In this document: one piece after another, positions 58,850 through 64,000 of the stretch | Layout: each line of letters opens with the position of its first letter | How positions within the stretch are numbered: position 1 is the stretch's first letter | NCBI GenBank assembly: GCA_963768655.1 | Contig: CAVYIM010000003.1 | Coordinates: forward strand, 64,001-128,000 | DNA length: 64,000 nucleotides | DNA from: an uncultured Chloroflexia bacterium | GTDB taxonomy: Bacteria; Chloroflexota; Limnocylindria; Limnocylindrales; CSP1-4 | Reading direction: 5' to 3' | Made by a program: the position numbers and the translations under genes | Notes under the pieces: model-generated | Seen by the model: the letters and a program-made list of their open reading frames with translations, nothing else | Told to the model about the DNA's origin: nothing | Database searches by the model: none

Positions 58850-59221
58850 TGGTGGAGATGGGGGAGAGTCGAACTCCCCGTCCAGAAACCTTCGCCGGAG
58901 ACCACTACGAGCGTGTCCGGTGATTTGTCGTCGATCGCCCGGCCGACCATCGGCAGCCTGCCGAGCGCTCCAGTCACGTTCCCTTTCGGGCTTTGATTCC
59001 GGCTACGCGACGCTACCCGGAATCGCACCTCCGCTCAATGACGCTTCCACAGCCCACGGAGGTGAGGCTGCTTCCACGTTCACCTTACTGCCTAAGCAGC
59101 GAGGGCGAAAGCAGGCTGGCTGTTGCCAGTTACTTCGTTTGGGCTCCTTATTACGAGGCCTGGAGTCCAACCTCGGCTCGCGTTCTCCGGTAACCGGCCC
59201 CTGTCGAAACCACGCATCCCC
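58850..59221 (-). ncRNA. ssrA: tmRNA
   Basis: 5' GGGGATGCGTGGTTTCGAC and 3' TTCGACT..CATCTCCACCA with a G3-U pair. Tag frame after GTAACT reads GNSQPAFALAA-stop. TACAAT -10 at 59251-59256. Downstream of smpB. Confidence 0.96.
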
Positions 59222-59304
59222 ACAGGTGCCGCTGCTACCAGCGCCCGCGGATTGTACAGCGCCCTCCCCGAAGGTCAACACGGCCGGCGGCTTCGAACCC
59301 CCGG

Positions 59305-59793
59305 TCAGTTCGTCTCGAGCTTGACCCTGGAAGCGGCCAGCCTTCGGAAGGCCTCGAGCCCGGCCGGATCGAACGCTCGCTCGGGCAGGATGAATACTTG
59401 CGAGTGGCGCGCCATCACCAGGAAGGAGCCCCTGCTCTCGCGCAGCCGGTCGATGGCCTCCCATGCGACGTCCACGTCGGTGGCCCCATGAGTGAAGTGC
59501 AGGCCGGCATCGTCGACGAACACCTCGACGGTCTGCTGCACCAGCGACTTCCTGGACCGCAGAGTCAGCCACGTGAAGGGCACGGCGTAGTAGCCGGACA
59601 GCAAGGCGACGGCCAGCATGAGCTCGATGGCGACCGGAACCAGATAGGGCAGACTCAGAAAGGCCAGGAGCAGTGCCAGGACGGCGAAACCGGTTGAGAA
59701 CCTGGTCCCCCGGTTGAGGGCCGGGACGTGGCTCAGGTACTCGCGCATCGACGTTCGGTAGCTACCCGTGATATGCGGCGTCTCTGTCGCCAT
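59305..59793 (-). CDS. YcxB-family membrane protein
   Basis: Two TM helices, then GLHF..VAWEAI..RES..FILPERAF. GGAGG SD upstream. Confidence 0.8.
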   Translation of the reverse strand: MATETPHITGSYRTSMREYLSHVPALNRGTRFSTGFAVLALLLAFLSLPYLVPVAIELMLAVALLSGYYAVPFTWLTLRSRKSLVQQTVEVFVDDAGLHFTHGATDVDVAWEAIDRLRESRGSFLVMARHSQVFILPERAFDPAGLEAFRRLAASRVKLETN

Positions 59794-59879
59794 CGATCCT
59801 CCTGTTGCCCCGCCGGCAGGGCGTGCTGGCGACGCCGGCCGCGTTGCCGCCGGCCGGGCTTTCTTCGCCCGTCTCGTTT

Positions 59880-60356
59880 TCACCGCCGCTCCCGGCCGCG
59901 GTCGGCGTCGGCCATGGCCCGCTCGACTTCCCGGCGGGAGTCGCGCTCGGCGATGTCGCGGCGGCGATCGTGGAGTTGCTTGCCGCGGGCCAGGCCGATC
60001 TCGAGCTTGGCCCGGCCGCGGCCGGTGATGTACATCTTGAGTGGGACCAGCGTGAGGCCCTTCGATTTCGTCTTGATCAGCAGGGCCAGGATCTGGTCGT
60101 GGTGGAGCAGCAGCTTGCGGTTCCGCTTGGGCTCGTGGTTGTAGCGATTGCCGGTGTCCCACGGCGAGATGTTCGCGCCGACAAGCCAGGCCTCGCCGTT
60201 CTCGATGCGCGCGTAAGCCTCGGCCAGACTCACCTTGCCGGCCCGAACCGACTTGATCTCGGTCCCGGTCAGGGCGATGCCGGCCTCGAACGAATCCTCG
60301 ATCGTGTACTCGTGGCGCGCTCTTCGGTTCTGGGCGACGGTCTTCTCTTCGCCCAC
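59880..60356 (-). CDS. smpB: SsrA-binding protein
   Basis: NRRARHEY..EAGIALTGTEIKSVR, RKLLLH and GLARGK..DRR. Confidence 0.97.
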   Translation of the reverse strand: MGEEKTVAQNRRARHEYTIEDSFEAGIALTGTEIKSVRAGKVSLAEAYARIENGEAWLVGANISPWDTGNRYNHEPKRNRKLLLHHDQILALLIKTKSKGLTLVPLKMYITGRGRAKLEIGLARGKQLHDRRRDIAERDSRREVERAMADADRGRERR

Positions 60357-60457
60357 GTGGGGCTCCTCGGGTTTGACGGCCCGGCGGCCGGACATTCGGA
60401 GGTTAGCGGAAGGGCCGATCTCGGGGCGGTCGAAATCGTCATCCGGCTCAGGACGCA

Positions 60458-60487
60458 CGAATGCCGGCCCCGAAGGACCGGCATTCG
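60458..60487 (-). terminator. GC-rich hairpin with a cUUCGg loop, probable terminator
   Basis: Minus strand CGAATGCCGGTCC-TTCG-GGGCCGGCATTCG (13 bp, one G-U pair). No long U tract. Confidence 0.65.
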
Positions 60488-60597
60488 GTTTGCGTTATGT
60501 CACCACCCGTCAGGGCCGTGCCTAGAGCTCAGCTCCTGACGAGGTGGTGCAGCGCGTCGGCAAGTCCTTTGACACTGCACATCACCTCCTTTCGTTC
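60458..60597 (-). ncRNA. Candidate ~140-nt structured small RNA / sORF transcript
   Basis: TACCAT -10 (60604-60609), then GAAAGGAGGTGAT, a 17-codon GTG ORF, a 14-bp bulged hairpin and a terminator-like hairpin. Confidence 0.55.
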
Positions 60598-60700
60598 TCG
60601 CGCATGGTATCGGTGCCGGCCAAAAGGCGCAACAGCGGGTCACCCGGTGGGCGAGGTGTGGTCGTGGGCGCGCGCGAGATGGCCGGGGCGTCGAGCAGGG

Positions 60701-62191
60701 CTAGCTCGCGGTCGGCGCGGGACTCGGGTTTTGCGTCGCGCTCGGCGATGGGCTGCCGCTGGGCGCCGGACTCCCGGTAGGTGAGGCCGTGGTCTCGGGC
60801 GGGTAACCGAGCGCGACCAGGCCGGCGTCGAGCACCGGATCCGTGCCGGCCCGGGCCCCATTGATCGTGGCGTCAACGTCCGGCGTGAGCCCCTTGCCCT
60901 GGATCCAGACTTTGTCCGGCGTGAGCCAGCGGGCCACCGTCAGGTGGATGCCGCCGTCGTTATTGGGAAGAGGCAGCCACTCCTGCACGACGCCCTTGCC
61001 GTAGGTCTTCGTGCCGATCAGGGGCGCCCGACCGCGGGCCTGCAAGGCTCCGGCCAGGATCTCCGCCGCCGAGGCGGTGTTGCCGTCCACCAGCACGACC
61101 AGCTTGTTCGCGGGATCGGTGGCACGGCCGCCGGGGTTGGCGTCGATCTCGGTCTCCGCGCCGCTCGCATCCTGCTGGTAGACGATCGCTCCGGACGGAA
61201 TGAACTCGCTGGCGATCTTCACCGCGTCCGGGACGTAGCCGCCGCCGTTGCCGCGGAGGTCGAGGATGAAGGAGTGCTGTCCGGCCGCGAGAGCGTTCTT
61301 GAGCGCCAGATCGAATTGCGAGGCGGCAGGATCGTTGATCCCGCTCACCGACATGTAGGCGACGGCGCCGTTGGCCAGCGTCTTTAAATCGACCTCACAC
61401 TGGTTGTAGATCGTGCGCACGATCGAGCGCTGGATAGTGGTGGTGCCGCGCAGCAGGCCGAGCGTAACCGAAGTGTCGTTGGGGCCCTTGATCAGTGCCG
61501 TGGCCGCGTCGATCGTGAGCCCGTCCAGGGAAGTGCCGCCGACCGAGACGATGACGTCGCCGGCCTGAATCCCGGCCGTCGCGGCGGGCGATCCGCAGAC
61601 CGGCGCGACGACGGCCAGCTCGCAGCCGTTGCCGATCGCCGAGCAGGTGATGCCTGAGGAGGGGTCGATCGGCTGGAGCTGAACTTCGACGCCGATTCCC
61701 TGGGCCTGGCCTCCGACGCTGAGCAGCGAGCTCTCGAAGTCGGACGGAGCCTGGTAGTACGACCAGGGGTCGTTGAGGCTCTGCATCATCCCGTTTATGG
61801 CGGCCTGGACGAGCTGATCCGCGGAGGGCTTGGGGGACCCGGCGTAGTCCTTCTGGATCAGCGAATAGACGTCCCAGAACGGGTCGAACTGGGCTTCCTG
61901 CGAGGCGGGCGTGCCCGGCGTGGTCGCCACCCGCGCCCCGAGAGTGTAGCCACCGACGAACAGGGCGCTGCCGACCAGGATGGCCACGATGAGCAAGCCC
62001 AGGCGCGAAGGTTCGAAGGTCCGAAGCATGCGAGCCTGGGCGTCGGGGGCGAAGTCGGTCGCCAGCGCGCTCTCTCGGTCGTCCTCCCGAGTCGATGGCG
62101 GCTCCGGCGAGCGGCCGGACGTCGGCCCTGTCGCCGGCCGATCTGCCGGATCAGGTTGGTCGCGGTGGCGGGAGTTCTTCGGCGCGGGCAT
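60701..62191 (-). CDS. ctpA: S41 carboxyl-terminal processing protease with PDZ domain
   Basis: SLNDPWS, GIQAGD, DLRGNGGG, TASAAEILAGALQ and GTKTYGKGVVQ. Confidence 0.93.
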   Translation of the reverse strand: MPAPKNSRHRDQPDPADRPATGPTSGRSPEPPSTREDDRESALATDFAPDAQARMLRTFEPSRLGLLIVAILVGSALFVGGYTLGARVATTPGTPASQEAQFDPFWDVYSLIQKDYAGSPKPSADQLVQAAINGMMQSLNDPWSYYQAPSDFESSLLSVGGQAQGIGVEVQLQPIDPSSGITCSAIGNGCELAVVAPVCGSPAATAGIQAGDVIVSVGGTSLDGLTIDAATALIKGPNDTSVTLGLLRGTTTIQRSIVRTIYNQCEVDLKTLANGAVAYMSVSGINDPAASQFDLALKNALAAGQHSFILDLRGNGGGYVPDAVKIASEFIPSGAIVYQQDASGAETEIDANPGGRATDPANKLVVLVDGNTASAAEILAGALQARGRAPLIGTKTYGKGVVQEWLPLPNNDGGIHLTVARWLTPDKVWIQGKGLTPDVDATINGARAGTDPVLDAGLVALGYPPETTASPTGSPAPSGSPSPSATQNPSPAPTAS

Positions 62192-62237
62192 GGAATCGAA
62201 CCTCGAGATCTAGGTGCGGGCCGGGCGCGATGCCGGG

Positions 62238-63119
62238 TCAGCGCTTCAGGTAGCTGCGTACGGACACGTAGGAACCGATGAAACCGATCCCGACGCCCGT
62301 TCCCAGCACCATGAGGGCCACGTTCTGGCCGACCATTGCGGTGGCCTGAACGGGCAGGACGTTGAAGAAGCTCGACAGCAGGCTGGCGACGGGAGCCTGA
62401 ACCAGCAGCAACAGGCCGATGGTGATGATCGCCCCCAGGAGCCCGACGAAGGCGCCCTCGAAGACGAACGGCCAGCGAATGAAGGCGTCGGAGGCGCCGA
62501 CAAGACGCATGATCTCGATCTCCTCGGCGCGCGCGACCACGGCCAGCCGGATCGTGTTCACGATGATGAACAGTACAGTCAGGCCGACGATCACCAGGAC
62601 CACGATCCCGACGGTGCTCACGACGTTGATGACCGAGGTCATCTGACTGACCGTCTTGGCGATGTCCTGAACGCTGTCGATCGCCGCCTGGCCGCGCAGG
62701 TAGGTGGCCACGTCCACGTAGTCGCTGGGGTCGCGCAGGCTGATTTCGAACGAGGCCGGCAGCGGGTTGTTCGCCAGAGTGTCGACCAGATTCGCCACCT
62801 CGGGCTCGCGCGCCTGGAAGTCCTTGAGGGCCTGGTCCTTGGAGATGTAGGTGACGGTCGCGACCTCGGGCATGGCCTGCAGCTCGGACGTGAGCTGCGC
62901 GACGTCCTGGGCGGTCGCCGAATCGTTGAGGTAGGCGACGACCTGGACTTCGCCCTGGACGTAGTTGAGGGTGGCGTTCAGGCCGAAGTAGAGGATGACC
63001 ACGCCGCTCAGCAGCGTGAGCATCAGGACCATCGAGGCGGTGGCCGCGAGGCTCATCAGGGAGTTGCGCCAGAAACCCTGCCAGGCTCGTTTGAGGCTGA
63101 ACGCAACGAAGGCGATCAC
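62238..63119 (-). CDS. ftsX: Cell division permease FtsX
   Basis: WRNSLMS, NPLPASF and NTIRLAVVARAEEIEIMRLVGASDAFIRWPFVFEG. Confidence 0.96.
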   Translation of the reverse strand: MIAFVAFSLKRAWQGFWRNSLMSLAATASMVLMLTLLSGVVILYFGLNATLNYVQGEVQVVAYLNDSATAQDVAQLTSELQAMPEVATVTYISKDQALKDFQAREPEVANLVDTLANNPLPASFEISLRDPSDYVDVATYLRGQAAIDSVQDIAKTVSQMTSVINVVSTVGIVVLVIVGLTVLFIIVNTIRLAVVARAEEIEIMRLVGASDAFIRWPFVFEGAFVGLLGAIITIGLLLLVQAPVASLLSSFFNVLPVQATAMVGQNVALMVLGTGVGIGFIGSYVSVRSYLKR

Positions 63120-63902
63120 TCAGTCCTCCGGGTGGTAGGCGGCGCCCGTCTCGTCGCGAACGACGCGGCCGTCCTCGAGGCCGACCACTCTCTTGCGGAG
63201 GGCGGTGACCACCTCGGCATTGTGGGTCGCCATCATCACCGTGACGCCCATCTCGTTGATGCGCAGCAGCAGCTGGATGATCTCCCAGCTGATGAGCGGG
63301 TCGAGATTCCCGGTCGGTTCGTCGGCGATGAAGAGGTGCGGGTCGTGGACGAGGGCGCGGGCGATGGCGGTGCGCTGCTGCTCGCCGCCGGAAAGCTCGG
63401 ACGGCCGCTGGTCCGCCTGCGCGGAGAGACCGACGACGCGCAGGACGCGTTCCACCGCGGGCTTGATCCGAGCCCGAGGCGTGCCGGTAACCTCCAGGGC
63501 GAAGGCCACGTTGTCGCGCACCGACTTGTTGGGCAGAAGCTTGAAGTCCTGGAAGACGATGCCGATGCGGCGCCGGATCTTGGGGACGTCCCGGCGGCGG
63601 AGTCGGGCCAGGTCGCGACCTTCGAGCATGACCTTGCCCCGGGTCGGCAGCTCTTCTCGGATGAGGAGGCGGATCAGGGTGGACTTGCCGGCGCCCGACG
63701 GACCGACGAGGAAGACGAAGTCGCCCTCCGGAACCGAGAGGTTCACATCGCGAAGCGCCGACTTGCCGTTGGGGTAGGTCTTGGTGACGCCGCGAAGGGC
63801 GAGGACGGGAGTGCCGTCCGCCACGGGGTCGGTCGGATGAGGCCTGGCCACGGCTGGCCGGCCGGGCGGACCGGAGGTGGATCCGGAAAGTGCCGAGCTC
63901 AC
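63120..63902 (-). CDS. ftsE: Cell division ATP-binding protein FtsE
   Basis: GPSGAGKST, RRIGIVFQDFKLL, LSGGEQQR, ADEPTGNLD and ATH. Adjacent to ftsX. Confidence 0.96.
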   Translation of the reverse strand: MSSALSGSTSGPPGRPAVARPHPTDPVADGTPVLALRGVTKTYPNGKSALRDVNLSVPEGDFVFLVGPSGAGKSTLIRLLIREELPTRGKVMLEGRDLARLRRRDVPKIRRRIGIVFQDFKLLPNKSVRDNVAFALEVTGTPRARIKPAVERVLRVVGLSAQADQRPSELSGGEQQRTAIARALVHDPHLFIADEPTGNLDPLISWEIIQLLLRINEMGVTVMMATHNAEVVTALRKRVVGLEDGRVVRDETGAAYHPED

Positions 63903-64000
63903 ACTGCGAGGCTAGCACCGATGACGTCGTCCGGCAGGTTGCCGACGCGCCCGAAGCGTGGCTCGGCGCGGCGAGCTACAGCAGCGCCAGGCCCGACGGC

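Noticed and set aside
53400-58850. Genomic island integrated at the tmRNA 3' end
   Set aside because: No integrase and no duplicated tmRNA 3' fragment seen in the window.
59281-59306. tRNA T-arm-like sequence GGGGGTTCGAAGCCGCC on the minus strand
   Set aside because: No cloverleaf or acceptor stem. More likely an imperfect hairpin after the ycxB-like gene.
60581-60593. 16S rRNA 3' fragment
   Set aside because: Only 13 nt match and the flanks are not rRNA. Interpreted as an extended SD on the opposite strand.

Overview
High-GC bacterial chromosome segment spanning the replication origin. The DnaA, RpmH and tmRNA sequences look Chloroflexota-like, possibly Limnocylindria (inference). The core origin block is dciA-recF-dnaN-oriC-dnaA on the minus strand and rpmH-rnpA-yidD-yidC-jag on the plus strand. 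A three-gene polysaccharide cassette (acetyltransferase, glycosyltransferase, Wzx flippase) separates dnaA from oriC/dnaN. The strongest candidate system is a ~19 kb mannosylation locus (17.4-36.2 kb). It contains a P55/Rv1410c-like MFS, an ArsR-pgsA-patA-patA-PHP-pimA operon resembling mycobacterial phosphatidylinositol-mannoside synthesis, a 2175-aa double GT-C/PMT fusion, a further GT-C, a DUF2723/TMEM260-like protein and a polyprenol-phosphate-sugar synthase. Many Ser/Thr/Pro-rich exported proteins in the window are potential substrates. Other oddities: a sortase-fold protein with Ser in place of the catalytic Cys; a PP2C pseudophosphatase receptor-like protein; a small structured RNA/sORF unit with a 13-nt anti-16S complement upstream of smpB; a tmRNA with a 6-bp T-stem; a frameshifted J-domain gene; a tailspike-like beta-helix gene; and many apparently leaderless genes. 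Also present: galT, two tatA paralogs, a nucleoside hydrolase-ECF operon, ackA, ftsEX, ctpA and smpB. No CRISPR array, rRNA, tRNA or intact mobile element was recognised. All family calls come from motif recognition by eye, without database searches.
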